A stretch of 64,000 bases of DNA from Octopus vulgaris (GCA_951406725.2 OX597821.1:84506001-84570000); one strand, 5' to 3'. Positions 25,201-39,746 are shown, counted from the first letter of the stretch. Notes: a model not told the origin generated them from the sequence alone. Translations and numbers: made by a program.

Positions 25201-26119
25201 CAGGAAGGAAATCCAGCAATAGAAACCATACCAAAGTAGACACTGAAGCATGATGCAGTCTTTGGCCCACATCAGAACCTGTTAAACCATCCACATCATG
25301 CCAGCATGGAACATGGATGTTAATATATTATTGACATCCAATATAATGAGTCCTTTTCTTCTTTAATTCTTTCTTTATATTTGTACATTGTATAATCCTT
25401 AAGCTTAATGTCAGTAGCTATCCCCTAGTTTATGAAAAAAATACAAAAATTCTTCTATGGAACTGTGCGCTTCACAGTTCGCAGTGTTTGGCTGTGGTGT
25501 GCATGCTCACGTGTTCGAGATAGGAAGCTGCACGCTAGGGAGAGAGAGCACTGTGGTTCATGCAGTGCCTACCCTGGTGTGCTGGTGAAAGGTAATATTT
25601 CATTTTGACTTCGCATGTATTGTGTTTAAAAACGCGTTTATATTCTTGAATGTGATAAAGTATAGAATTCGATTATTATCCTGCTTCCAGCTACAGTTTT
25701 GCTGCCAGGATTTGAAAAATAGGGCACATTCCCCCCACAACCGTTTTGTGATTTAGGGGTCACTTTTGAAAAACAAGGGGCAAATCATGGCGGTGTTCAG
25801 TGAACAAATTAAACACACTACCTAGCAGTGGCTAAAACGCGAACCTATCAAATTTATGTACAAATTTTCTTCTTATATGTTTGTTTCCTTTTACACAATA
25901 TTAAAACAATGGCTAAAAATTTTCTGAAGTAGCACCCCAAATAATCTTATCTATGAGCCACCACTGGTCCAAGGTACCATGCAGTGAGACAGCTACACCT
26001 GTGCATGATTGAATCAAATAAAGTTACTGGTGCGCCTCACATGAGAAGTTATATACAACTGTGTATGTGTGTGTGTATATGTATAAAGCAATTGTTCACC
26101 TTGTTATATTAATCATATT

Positions 26120-26537
26120 TGCTAGTGGAGCGCTAAGAGCACCATCCGAGCGTGATCGTTGCCAGAGCAACAAACTGTCTTCCATGCTGGTGGCATGTAA
26201 AATGCACCATTCGAGCGTGATCGTTACCTGTGTCACATTACTGGCACGTGAAAAAACATTCTAGCGAGGTCGTTGCCAGTTCCGCTGGACTAGCTCCTGT
26301 GCAGGTGGCACATAAAAAACATCATTTGAGCGTAGCCGTTGCCAGTACTGCCTGACTGGCCGTCGTGCCGGTGGCACATAAAAAGCACCCACTACACTCC
26401 CGGAGTGGTTGGCGTTAGGAAGGGAATCCAGCTATAGGAACTCTACCAGATCAGATTGGAGCCTGGTGCAGCCTCCCGGTCAAACCCTCCAACCCATGCC
26501 AGCATGGAAAGCGGATGTTAAATGATGATGATGATGA
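26120..26537 (+). mobile_element. Family B SINE (subfamily shared with 32527-32935 and 40200-40670)
   Basis: Tandem GTGGCAC...AAAAGCACC units and a (GAT)n tail. Confidence 0.85.
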
Positions 26538-26839
26538 ACAGTGTGGTGGGACGCAAAACAAAAGCAGGAGAGTTACAGTTGAAACACCTTTCATAAGAGG
26601 GTTTACTCTAAGCTAAAGAAGAAACAAGTATCTGTAAGTAGGTTGTGTATGTGATATGCATGTGGTTGATAAGTTTGCTTTCAAACCCCATGATCCTACC
26701 CACAGCATGGCACCTTGGGTAAGTGTCTTCTACTATAAATCCAAGCTGAAAAAAGCTTTGTGAGTGGATCTGATATAAAAACTGAAAGATACTCATCATA
26801 TACACAGGCACACAAACACACACATACATATATATATAC

Positions 26840-27092
26840 ACATCATCATCATCGTTTAACGTCTGTTCTCCATGCTAGCATGGGTTGGACGGTTCGACCG
26901 GGGATCTGGGAAGCCAGAAGGCTGCACCAGGCTCCAGTCTTATCTGGCAATATTTCTACGGCTGGATGCCCTTCCTAACGCCAACCACGCCGTGAGTGTA
27001 GTGGGTGCTTTTTACGTGCCACCTGCACAGGTGCCGGGCGAGGCTGGCAATGGCCATGGTCGGATTGGTGCATTTTACGTGCCACCGGCACA
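26840..27092 (-). mobile_element. Family B SINE
   Basis: Near-identical to 42024-42290 and to the reverse complement of 50700-50965. Confidence 0.9.
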
Positions 27093-30059
27093 TACACACA
27101 TATTTATATATATGCATGTGTGTCTCCTTATCCAGACATCATATGATAGTTGTGAATAAGTATCTCTGTCATACAAACAACGGATGCCAGTCATGCGGAA
27201 CTGTCATTAAATTTGATTTCAATTTAATTGCGATTTATTGGGGATTCGGCTGGCTGGTACTGGTGCCATGTGAAAGCACTCACTCTACTATGTAAAGTGA
27301 TTGGTGTTAGGAAGGGCATCTGGCTGTGAAAACCATGCCAAAACAAACCTCACCAGTGCTGCTGCCATGTAAAAAGCACCCAGTCACTTCTGTAAAGTGG
27401 TTGGCATTAGGAAAGGCATGTGGCTGTGAAAACCATGCCAAAACAGACATTGTCAGTGGTGGTGCCATATGAAAGGCACTCAGTCCACTGTGTAAAATGG
27501 TTGGTGTTAGGGCTTCTAGCTGTAAAAACCATGCCAAAGCAGACAGTCCTCTGGTTAGCCAGTTCCCTTTCAAACCATCCATTCCATACCAGCGTGGAAG
27601 ACAGATGTTAAATGATGATGATGAGGAGAAGAATCCTGTAGGTCAACTTTCATTGAGAGAACCTATGATTGAAAGTAATCCAGCCAGGACTAGTCCATCT
27701 TTTCTGAGGTACCTAGGACTACATTATCTAATTTATACTACCCTGCTTCTTAAGGTGAAAATGGGCTGTGATTTGAAGAATGTTTCCAGCAGGTCAAATA
27801 ACAACTATGTAGAGGCTCCCATACATATTTGTAAATATACTTGTTGCCAAATAATATTTCAACTGTTTTTGCTATCAGCTTGTGTCTTGAATCTATTTAA
27901 ATTCCTAATGAAGGTTATATTCATAGCCTCATTTATTACACTTAAATATTAACACAGGTTATTGGCTTCTCTGTTTCCTGATAATTCCAATATCAAATTT
28001 TTAAAAAATTCTTTTTGTTAGTGGCTCTGCATACTTTTAGAAGTCATTGCTGCATAATCTTTATAAGAGCAAGGTTTCTAAATATAGGTACAGACATCGC
28101 TGTGTGGTAAGAAGTTTGCTTCCCAACCACATGGTTCTGGGTTCAGTCCCACTGCATGGCACCTTGAGCAAGTGTTTACTATAGGCTCCATTTGACCAAC
28201 ACCTTGTGAATAGGTTTGGTAGACAGAAACTGAAAGGCGGTGAGCTGGCAGAAACGTTAGCACGCTGGGTGAAATGCTTAGAGGTATTTCTCTCATCCTT
28301 TCAGGGTTGATAAATTAAGTACCAGTTGCGCACTGGGGTCGATGTAATTGACTTAATCCCTTTGTCTGTCCCCTCTATGTTTAGCCCCTTATGAGCAATA
28401 AAGAAATAAGAAACTGAAAGATGCCTATAGCACGTATGTGTATTTGTGATTGTTTCCTGCCACTACTTGACAACCAGTGGTGGTTTGTTTACATCCCTGT
28501 AACTTAGTGGTTCAGCATTATAGATCAGTAGAATAAATACCAGGCTTTTAAAAAATTTAAGCACCTGGGTTGATTTGTTTGGTTTCACCCTTCAAGATTG
28601 ATGGTACCCCAAGACTGCAGACCAATAACTGAAGCAAGTAAAATATATCACTGGTTGTAAACAAGCATCAGTCATACAAGTGTTGTTTCCAGTCTCCATG
28701 TCTGGCTATGGGGAAGTATTGCCTTGCTTGGAAACAATTAAGGGTGGGTGACAGGAAGGGCATCCCAGCTGTAGAAAATCTGCCTCAACAAATTCTGTCT
28801 CATCCATGCAAGCATAGAAAAGTGGATGTAACATGGTGACTTCAGTTAAATCTTTTTTTTTCTTTGCTTATTGTTGCTGTCAACGTTGATGAAGCAGACC
28901 TACTGGGATGGAAAGGTTCACCAGGATTTATACAAGAGTTGTTGAACCACTCCAACACACAAAATTCCATACATTGCGTCATCAGATCTCTCTTTCCAGG
29001 TGGGAAAGACATGTATCTTCTCTTTCGAAAGACATCTGTTCCCGTCTCTATTATACTCTCTCCTTTCAATAATCTACCCCAACGCCGATGAGGGGTTTTG
29101 TTTTGTGTTGTCTTGATGTCACTAGTACTGGTGCCACATAAATAACACTGAGTCGATACTGTAAAGTGGTTGGCATTAGGAAGGGCATCCAGCTGTAGAA
29201 TATATGTCAATGCAAACACTGGACACATGGCACGGTTCTCTGACTCGATAGTTCATGTCAGACTATCCAACTCCTGCCAGCATGGAAAATGGGTAATTAA
29301 ACAGCGATGGTGATGATACTTGCGACATACCATGACTGTGGAAGTTCAGAGAACAAATCATCACATAAACAATAATAAGATTACTAAAACAATTTATTGT
29401 TATTTGTATAAACACTTAAAAACATATTGACAAGTATATAAAGTATGTCTGAAATCACATCTATTTAGAGAAAATAGTCATAATAAATATTTTGTTTATA
29501 TTAAAATTGTGTAAATGGTTGACAGAATATTTCACATAGTAAAGGTCTTTTTATTTTTTTATTTACTACTGATGTCATCAGCTATTGGTAGAATAGTACA
29601 CCAGATTGAATACTTCTTTGTATTCACATGTGTTCCTTTATATACAGAGTTCAACTTTGCCCTTCATCTGTCTGGGGTGAGGTTTGTAAAGTAAGTACCA
29701 GACATTTAATGAGGTTGATTAAATTGACTACAGCCCTTCTTCTAAAATGTACTGCAATGGTGCCTAGTTAGAAATCATTCAAATATATTTATATGAATAT
29801 ATACATACATATATATATATACATATATTAATGTGTTTTCTTTAATGTTCAGTTGTAATCGCAACCATTTTACATTAATCTAATGGGTTACTCTACACTA
29901 CTGTAGAGGACAAATTTATTATTCTCAAACAAGAATGTTGTTGACAGTGACTTTGAAGTTTCTGCCAGTTAAGCCATCATTGGACTACCAATGGCTTAGC
30001 TGGCCGGACTTTGAAGTCCCTATCACAACAATATTCTTGTTTATATATATATATATATA

Positions 30060-30295
30060 TATATATAAAGCTGAAGTTGTCTGTGTATGGAAGGTTTGGT
30101 AGCCTTCAACTAACACTATCTCCTCTGAGACCCTGTGGCGCAAGTTGACCAAAATTGAGAGTACGATAGAAGGCTTGCTCTTCCTTCTGTAAAAGAAAAA
30201 ATTCAAATCTGACCCAAAATTATTTACATCAAAAAGGTGCTTTTTTTCTATGAGAATCCCTATTTTTTATTATTTTTTGACTGCTGTGTCGCCAT
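30060..30295 (+). mobile_element. Possible non-autonomous Helitron 5' fragment
   Basis: TATATAAAGCTGAAGTTGTCTGTGT start resembles the ends at 46527 and 60135. Confidence 0.4.
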
Positions 30296-30344
30296 AGAAA
30301 GCAGACATTAAATGATAATGGTATATATATATATATATAAATAC

Positions 30345-31240
30345 ATTGGGTTTGCAAGAAAGTAATTTTAGTTTTTTAGTTTGAGATAAAAGTTAACTTT
30401 TAAAAATTATTTTTCACGTGTTAGCAAAGACGTGTGTTGTCTAGCGTTGTCATGGTGGAATACGATTACTTTACGATTTGCCAATTCTGGCCGATTTTCT
30501 TTGATTGCTTCCACCAGGTTCATTAGCTGTTGACAGTAAACATCTGAACTGATCATTTGGTTCCTTGGAAGCAGCTCAAAATACACAACACCTTTGGAAT
30601 CCCACCAAATTGACAGCATGACCTTTTTTTTTATGCAATTCAGCTTTTGGTGTGATTTGGTTAATTATGTTTGGATCATTATTGTTTTTAATTGATGTTC
30701 TTGTAGACAATCCATTTTTCATCACCAGTGATGATTTGTTACAAGAAAGGTCATTTTCATTGCGTTTGAGATGCATATCGCAAATATTGATTCGTTGTGT
30801 TAAGTGCATCTCTTTCAAATTATGTGGAGCCCAAATGTTGAGCTTCTTAATGGGTCCAAGGCATTTTAAGAGATTTCCAATTGTTGTGTGATACATTTAA
30901 CCCCTCTGCAATCTGTTGCACAGTTATATGACAATCAGATTCAATTATGGCTTTGATTTGGTCATCAACTTCAGTAGGTCAACCAGAATGTTGGTCATCT
31001 TTGAATGAAAAATCTGCAGAACAGAATTCTTTAAACCATTTCTGACATGTGCATTCTGTTAAGCAACCAACACCATAAACTTCACATATCTCTTTCTGAG
31101 CCCCAGCAGCTTTCTTGCATTTACAGAAATAAAAACGCAAAATAAGTCAAAAATGTTCGTTTTTGCACTCCATGTTAAAATTGACACTGAACTAACAGCT
31201 GTAAACAAAATTACATGCAATTTGCTTCTAAAGTAAGCTA
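30345..31240 (-). mobile_element. Degenerate mariner transposon
   Basis: WAPHNLKE, MLSIWWDSKGVVYFELL and FHHDNARQH motifs across frameshifts; TTGGGTT TIR-like end at ~30346. Confidence 0.88.
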
Positions 31241-31465
31241 AAAGTAATGGCTATACACACACACACACGAGCTTCTTTCAGTTTTCATCTACCAAATCCA
31301 CTCATAAGGCTTTGGTCAGCCCGAGGCTATAGTAAAAGACACTTGCCCAAGGTGCCATGCAATGGGACAGAACTTGGAATCACGTGGTTGGGAAGCAAGC
31401 TTCTTATCACAGCCATGCTTGCACCTATAAACCACGTTATTTTGTAGCTTTAAAATTTTAATGGT

Positions 31466-31770
31466 CATCATCATCATCATCGTTTAACGTCCGTTCTCCA
31501 TGCTGGCATGGGTTGGACAGTTTGACCGGGGATCTGGGAAGCCAGAAGGCTGCACCAGGCTCCAGTCTGATCTGGCAGTGTTTCTACAGCTGGATGCCCT
31601 TCCTAACGCCAACCACTCCGTGAGTGTAGTGGGTGCTTTTTATGTGCCACCGGCACAGGGGCCAGACATGGCTGGGAAACGGCCACGATCGGATGGTGCC
31701 TTTTACGTGCCACCGGCATGGAAGACAGTCGAGGCGGCACTGGCATTGGCCACGATTTGGATGGTGCATT
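31466..31770 (-). mobile_element. Family B SINE
   Basis: (CAT)n tail, core and tandem units. Confidence 0.9.
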
Positions 31771-32526
31771 TGTATATTTTTAGAATGACATTGTAGGGTA
31801 GGTGTGAGAGGTTGGATCTGGTCAGATTTAACATAAAACAAGTAGAATATTTGGGCCAGATATGGCTGGATTAAATGTGAAAGGGTTAATTGTACATAAT
31901 ATGAACAAAACTGCCCCTGTAAACATTTTATTTGCAACACTGCTGAATGGTTTCATACTCGGTTTTACAACCCTGAGATCTTGAGTTGAACCAAGCCTTG
32001 TAAGTGAAGTTAAGTAGATAGAAACTGTGTCGAAGCTTAACACATAAACTATATAATTTAAAAAGTTAGTCTTGTCGCACACACTGAGATCATTAAGAGA
32101 GATCATTCGTCCTAGAATTTGTGGAGAGATATTGAGAAATTAAATTGTGTTTATTATGCATAGACAAGTTGTAGCACAATATATACTGGCACTCTGGGTT
32201 CCAGCTGATCCAATCAACAGAACAGCCTACTCATGAAATTAACATGCAAGTGACTGAGTACTCCACAGAAACGCATGTACCCTTAATGTAGTTCTCAGGG
32301 AGATTCAGCGTGACACAGAATGTGACAAGACTGGCTCTTTGAAATACAGGTGCATCTCATTTTTGCCAGGTGAGTGGATTCGAGCAATGTGAAATACAAT
32401 GTCTTGTTCAAGAACACAACATGTTGCTGGGAATTGAACCCAGGACCTAACAATCATGAGCTAAATATCCTAACCGCTAAGCCATGCATCTTCACGTACC
32501 ACAATATATATATATGTATATATATA

Positions 32527-32935
32527 TCATCATTGTTTAACGTCCGCTTTCCATGTTGGCATGGGTTGGACGATTTGACTGAGGACTGGCGAACCAGATG
32601 GCTGCACCAGGCTCCAATCTGATTTGTCAGAGTTTCTACAGCTGGATGCCCTTCCTAACGCCAACCAATCCGAGAGTGTAGTGGGTGCTTTTACATGCCA
32701 CCGGCACGGGGGCCAGTCAGGCGGTACTGGCAACGACCTCGCTCGAATGTTTTTCATGTGCCAGTAAGGTGACGCTGGTAACAATCACACTCAAATGGTG
32801 CCTTTTACGTGCCACCAGCACAAAAGCCAGTTAACCGCTCTGGCAACGATCACGTTCAGATGGTGCTCTTAGCAACCCACTAGCACAGCGCACAAGTGCC
32901 AGTAGGGCGACACTGGTAACGATCACACTCGAAAT
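32527..32935 (-). mobile_element. Family B SINE
   Basis: Colinear with 40200-40670. Confidence 0.88.
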
Positions 32936-34580
32936 ATGTGTGTGGCAAATGTTTCTTTAACTACCCCAGAGCCATATCTCCATTCAAGGATGTTTTCAAG
33001 CTTAAGTGTTCATGGAGGTAGTTGTATGTTTAGTGGGAGAAGTGTCCAAATTACACGTGAATAAGATGAGTGTTTGTAGCAGGTTATGGAAAAATGGCAG
33101 AGTTTTAATCTGCAAGTACTTTGATGTTAAAAGTGTCAAAGGATAATGAAGTACAGAAGGAAGAGTACTGTGGGGTGTCATACACCAACTATAAGAGTAC
33201 AGCCTAATAGTCAACAGAAGTCTCATCAATACACCATGCAATGAAAAGGTCTGACAGAAAATGTATGGTTAAGAAGTTGGCTTTCCAACCATATGGTTTC
33301 AGGTTCAGTCCCACTGTGTAGTATCTTAGGTAAATGTCTCATACTATAGCCCAAGACCATCCAAAGCCTTGAGAGTGGATTTTGGATTTGGTGGATGGAA
33401 ACTAAAAGAAGCCCAAAGTATATATATTTATATAGGTGCATGTGTGTGTTTGTGCCTCTTTATCCTGGCATAACGTAATAGTCGTAACTAAGTGTTACCA
33501 TCATACAAACAGTTGTTTGTTCCCAATATTCTGTGAAAACATGTCAGGCCATAGGGAAATATTACCTTACTTGGGAACAAGTGAGGGTTGGTGACAGGAA
33601 GGGCATCCAACTGTACAAAATCTGTCTCAATACACTCTGTTTGGCCCATGCAAGCATGGGAAAGTGGACATTAAAAGGTGATGATATCACAATGATAAAT
33701 ATCAATTTCTCTAATAATCAAGGGTCAAGCAAATAAGATCATGACAGGAACATCTATGCAGAGAAAACACTAGAATCTTATCCATTTGGCTAATGAGACA
33801 AATAATGATAATGGTTCCTAACAAGGCAGTAAAATTTAAAGATAGCATGTAGTTTATTTAATCAACACCCCCATAATTGATTAATCAACAACAACAATAT
33901 CTATGATGACAATCTTCAAAATAATTTAAACTCCTTCTGGAATATCATTAAGTTCAAATGAAATTGAAGATAACAAACCCAGATTCACCCTAACCCCAAG
34001 TATGGACAATAACAACAACAGCAAGTCATAAAAAGCAACAAAATAAAAACATTGTCTTTTGGAGGTCACAGCCAATTGCAATTCATTACAGTATAGGAAC
34101 TGATATAAAATTTAGGATAGATTTGGAAATATCCCAATAAAAAACCATGTAAAGAAAATGATGATTATTTTGACACTAGACTATGGAATATAGTGTATAT
34201 ATTATATGTGTGTGTTTGTATGTGTTTAATGGTAAGTGAGATTAGAGATTTCATAGAACCATCTTCATATTAAGATGATTGTACCTGTAAGTACAGTCAA
34301 CTCAATCTCTGTCTATGCTGTCTATGAAACCTTCAGCTGTCAGCTGATAATTTTAATTACTAACAATGACATTACAAATTCTAGAATAGTTCTGTCAGTA
34401 AATGAATTCAGTTGCCAGAAGATACATTAATTCAAAGACAACTGAATATAGACGGAATAAAAGACCAAATGAAATATGTGTGGAGTTTTTGTAATAGGGT
34501 CAAGTTGTTGACAAACACAAGGTTTAATTTTCCTTTTTGCTTCTGCTTTCTGTTTTAAGGATTCATTCAGATTTTTCCCA

Positions 34581-34677
34581 TCATTTCTTGCTTTTTCTTG
34601 TGGTTCTGGATTTCTTCTCTGTAGGAGCAGGCTGTTTGAATTTTTCACTGGTTGATGATGTATGAAAGATCTGATAT
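34581..34677 (-). CDS. MDC1: MDC1-like gene, last coding exon ((K)YQIFHTSSTSEKFKQPAPTEKKSRTTRKSKK*)
   Basis: Preceded by U12-type branch site TGCCTTAAC (34696-34688) and a TAC| acceptor. Phase matches the upstream exon (AA|A = Lys). TGA at 34583-34581. Confidence 0.8.
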
Positions 34678-37600
34678 GTACTGTTCTGTTAAGGCAACTA
34701 AACAACATAAAATAGAAAATGAAACTGAACCAGCAATCCAAAATCTTAAATAAACACTGCAACATGCATTGACTAATTTCTTTTTTGTTTAGAAACTGTA
34801 ACATTTGGCTAAAAACACATATATATATATATATACATCACCAGCATCATTTTTAAGAAGAAACTTGTTCAGAGAGATCTTCTTTTAAATATTTTAGAGC
34901 CAGAAGATCTTCTTGTTGTCAAACCACATCTGTTTCCTAGCAATTAATATTTCCCCAACTCCACTGTACTCAACTTTGCCTTTCATCCTTTCAGGGTCGA
35001 TAAAATAAGTACCAGTTGAGTACTGGGGGGGTGGGCAATACAACCGACATACCCCTTCCCCATAATTGCTGGCCTTGTGTCGAAATTTGAAATCAATATT
35101 TCCCCAAGTCCTTTGAACTTGGTTTTCCTAGTACAAATGTTAAGACACAAACACACTAATTTCCAGCAACCAATTCACTTACACTGCATTGGTCAGCCCA
35201 TTGCAATGTAGTTCTGAAGCAAACATCTTAGCCAGGCAGCCACACCCACTCTCTAACCACGTGATTTCAGGTGAAGTCCATTATGTAGCACCTTTGGCAA
35301 GTGTCTTCAACTACAGTCACAGGTCAACCAAAGCCTTGGAAGTGGATTTGGTCAATGGAAACTGAAAGAAGCTTGTGCTATGTATGATAGATTGGTAGAT
35401 AAATACAGGTGCAAGTGTGGCTATGTGCTAAGAAGTTTATTTCCCAACCACATGGTTCTGAGTTCAGTCACACTGGGTGACACCTTGGGCAAGTGTCTGC
35501 TATTACAACCCAGGGCTGATCAAAGCCTTGTGAATGGATTTGGTAGACAGACACTGAAAGGAACTCATTGTATATATATAAATACACCATATATATATAT
35601 GCCATATTTTAATGTGTATAAGGAATCCTTGTTAGCCAAAAATTAGGTTAAAAAAATATGGGAGTTTCTTATACATGGATAGTATCATAATCCCTTACAA
35701 AACCTTTTTTCCAAATTTTAAGCCCCCCCAAATTAGGGGGTTCCTTATACACATTAAAATACAGTATACATATATGTCTATATCTATATGTGTGTATCTT
35801 TACAGCCATGACTGCACATAATCCCCTAAATTCTGCCAATCTACTGCCCGGAATGAATACCTTTTTTTTTATTGACCCTGAAGGAATGGAAAGCAAAACT
35901 GACACCCACAGGACTTGAACTTGGAGCACAGAAAGCCGCAACAAATATCTCAATGCATTCTATTTGACGATCAATATGCATCTTAACATTAACTTACATA
36001 AAACTAAGGCTTCTTTTGTCAAGAGTAACACTTCATTTACATTCACCTCCATGTACCTTGAGGATAAGCCCTAGCACATGACAGCCATCTCACTTTCTCT
36101 CTCCCTACCCCCACTTTAACTGGGGTAATCATGTATCTGCTTGACAGCAAAAACCTGCTTCTGTCAATAACCTCCCGTCACTTGACACAAAGCCACCACC
36201 CTCAATACTACTACTCCCCCTCTCAGTTGAGGGTGTCTTTGTCCTGCAAGTTAGTGACCTACCAGTGCTGGTAGCATGTAAAAAGCACCCAGTGTATTCT
36301 GCAAAGTAATCAGTATTAGGAAGGACATCCAGCTGTAGAAACCATGCCAAGGCGGACAACGGATCCTGACACAGTCCTCTGGCTTACTAGCTCCTGTTGA
36401 ACCCCCAAAATCACCCCAGCATGGAAGACAGATGTTAAATGATGATGATGCTGAGTGACATTTATACCTTTCTTAAGGGCATTAATAAAAACAGTGAGAT
36501 ATTTTGGCTCTTTCCCCCTCTCTGGACAGGATTTTCCAACTTGCTTTCCAAAATTCACCAGTTAATTTACATGTAATAAACCGATGTCTGAATTACAAGT
36601 AGATTCTTCTCTCATGTGCTAAATTCTACAGAATGGTGAGCCAAAAAAGACACAAAGACTTTACACACCACACACTCACTCTCACTAAACCCTTTGAATT
36701 TAAAATAGCCGTATTCGGTTCAAATATTCTACTTGGATTATGTTCAAACTGGCCAGATTTGACCTGTCTCACTTATCCTACAATGTTATTCTAAAAATAA
36801 ATAATCACATCATTGAAACCATGAAGTTATGAGATAATGCATGAATTAATTCAAAAGAATCTTTTCTACTCTTGGTACAATGCCTAAAATTTTGGGGGAA
36901 GGGGCCAGTCGATGAGATCAAGCCCAGTATGCAACTGGTACTTAATTCATCAACCCCAAAAGGATGACAGGCAAAGTCGACCTTGACAGAATTTGAACTC
37001 AGAACTTAAAGATAAACAAAATACCTATTTCTTTATTACCCACAAGGGGCTAAACATAGAGGGGACAAACAAGGACAGACATAGGTATTAAGTCGATTAT
37101 ATCGACCCCAGTGCGTAACTGGTACTTAATTTATCGACCCCGAAAGGATGAAAGGCAAAGTCGACCTCGGTGGAATTTGAAGTCACAATGTAACGGCAGC
37201 CAAAATACCGTGAAGCATTTCGCCGGCGCGCTAACGTTTCTGCCAGCTTGCCGCCCTGATAAACAAAATACCATTAAGCATTTCGCCTGGCGTGTTACTT
37301 CAAAAGAATGTAAATAAATAAGCATTACACTTGACCGAAATCTGAATACTAAAGGGTCAATACAGGTTCTAACACCCACCCACACATCATCATCATCGTT
37401 TAACATCCATCTTCCATGCTAGCCTGGGTGGGATGGTTCCACAAGAGCTGGCCAGGCCAAAGACTGCAACAGACTTCTGTGATTGTTTTGGCAAGGGTTT
37501 TACGGCTGGATGCCCTTCCTAACACCAACCATACATATTTACTTGGGAAACAGATATGGGTCGGTGACGGGAAGAACATCTGGTCTTAGATAATCTGTTC

Positions 37601-37697
37601 CAACAAGTCTTGTCTGACCAAGCCAAGAGGCAAAAAAATTCAACATAAAATTGAACAAACAAAAAACATACATATAAAATGTTGCAAGAAAGGATAT
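34678..37697 (-). other. MDC1: U12-type (minor spliceosome) AT-AC intron
   Basis: 5' end ATATCCTTT (37697-37689); branch CCTTAAC about 11 nt before the terminal AC at 34679-34678. Confidence 0.85.
36868..37256 (-). mobile_element. Tandem family A SINE copies
   Basis: Two GGCAAAGTCGACC modules at ~36970 and ~37155. Confidence 0.85.
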
Positions 37698-37858
37698 TTG
37701 TCTATTGTTAAATCTTGTTGCAGTATTCCAGTCAACAGGAACTCAGCTTCCACTATTGGGATGCCAGCTTGGATGGCTTTCTCACACGAAGACTTGTCAT
37801 CTTCACAGGAAATCACAATGGTTTCTTCTTTAAACTCTGTGGGAAGTTTTACTAAAAA
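37698..37858 (-). CDS. MDC1: MDC1-like exon, BRCT2 C-terminal half
   Basis: CAG| FLVKLPTEFKEETIVISCEDD...GIPIVEAEFLLTGILQQDLTID; 161 nt, phase 0 to 2. Confidence 0.92.
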
Positions 37859-38758
37859 CTGCAAGATATGACAGAAATATTTCACATCATCATCATCATC
37901 ATCATCACCACTATAGTTCTAGTTATACCTTTAGTTACATATTCAACTTTTAATAGTCTGGGAAGGTCTGTACAAGAGAGAGAGAGAGAGAGAATGGGAG
38001 GTTTATAAGGGTGGTTGGTTGGATTCTGTGCATATTTAATGTTTCCATGGGTACCTAAGCTATGGTTGAAGTAGATATATAAAATGACTTAGTTTACTGG
38101 TTAAGAAGGTTACTTTTCACAGTAGTGCTAGTTTGCTAAGACATGGCTGTGTTGGTTAAGAAGTCTGCTTCACAACCAAGTGGTTCCAGGTTCAATTCTA
38201 TTGCTTGGTATCTTAAACAAGTGTCTTGTGTTATAACACTGGCTGAATAAAGACTTAGAAGAATTTGGTAGATGGCAGCTTGTTCTGAGTGTGTGTATAC
38301 AATTCCAAAGATGTGCAGAACGGTGCAATAGATTGGTTTCATACTCAACTCCTATCTCAGACAATCTTAAATGATGATGATGATGACAACAGATTTCATG
38401 AGATTGCCAATCTCATGAAATGTGTACATTACACAAAGCACTGATATCAACAAAGGTCTTCTGTGTTCCTTGTTTAGTGTGTGTGACCGATGAATTGATG
38501 CACGAAACAAAAATACACTCAAATTTACATTGAAATATTCCCGGATTTTCATATTCACATTAAAATAAATCAACGTAAATGACATTGTGTGAAGGGGAGA
38601 TAACTACAAAGCTAATTTGGAGAATAAAGTAGAATGAAGACAAAGATTTAATCGAAAGAGCAAAGAAAACAGGTATGATTAGCAGAGAAAAATACGAATC
38701 CCTTTCATATATAAAAATATCTACTTTCAATTTTAGATAGAAATATTTTATAAATTAC

Positions 38759-38784
38759 CTTGGCTTTGCAACTCTCAATAATTT
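38759..38784 (-). CDS. MDC1: MDC1-like 26-nt microexon (EIIESCKAK)
   Basis: Polypyrimidine tract + CAG acceptor, AAG|GTAATT donor. Required to bridge phase 1 to phase 0; matches the EII-S-C-G-G helix of MDC1 BRCT2. Confidence 0.88.
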
Positions 38785-39746
38785 CTGTTGTAAAAAAAAA
38801 AAGGAAAGAAAAAAGCTTTATAATAATATATTACAATAAGATAATGATTAAGTCATTACATGAACCACATAATGTTTTGTGAAGGACAAAACACATTATC
38901 ATTCATAGATATATTATGTTCTAGCATAAACTATACACATTTTCACCACCACCCTCTTTCCTTTCTAACTACCTCTCTCAATACCCTACTCCAATTCAGT
39001 AGAAGGGGGTCTAATGCTGGTGCTATATAAAAACTACTCAGTTGGCATTAGGAAGGGTATCTAGCTTAAAAACCTTGGCAAAGCAGATACAAGAGGCCAA
39101 TACAGGCCTCTGGTTAGTAAGTTACTGCCAAGCCATTCAACCCATGCCAGCATAGCAAACAGACAATAAAAAGATGATGACTATATATATATATTATCAT
39201 CATCATTTAACATCCATTTTCCCTGCTGGCATGTGTTGGACGGTTTGATAAAACCTGGCAAGCCACAGGGTTGTGCTGAGTTCCAGGGTCAGCTCTGGCT
39301 GGATACCCTTCTTAATGCTAAAATCTGGTGTTTTTGTTCACGCTCCGTCTCTTTGTTCTGTAACTTAACAGTTCAACAAACAGTCCAATGAGTGAAACTG
39401 GTAAAAGATTAGACTATAGAGTGATATATGGATAGCTGTCATATTAACAAATTATTTATCAGAGGCTGTTAAGTTATTTTATAAATTATATATCACATAG
39501 AGATGCATAGATGGCTGTTATATTATTTTATAAATTACATATTATACATATTGTTTTATGCTTTTATGAAGGAATGTGACTATGTCTATAAGGTTCTTCT
39601 TTCTTGTTCCTCATAGACTGGAATAAATGATGGGGTTAATATAGTTAGAATAAAAAAAGATAGAGGTTGGAAAAATCATAAATATGTGATGTTTAACTGT
39701 ATTTATTTGACTTACATTAGGTAGATAAAGTTGTTAAATTATTTAC

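Noticed and set aside
37640-37697. MDC1 C-terminus YPFLQHFICMFFVCSILC as listed in the ORF track
   Set aside because: It begins with a perfect U12 donor, and an in-frame AC acceptor with a branch site exists at 34678, so it is better explained as intron.
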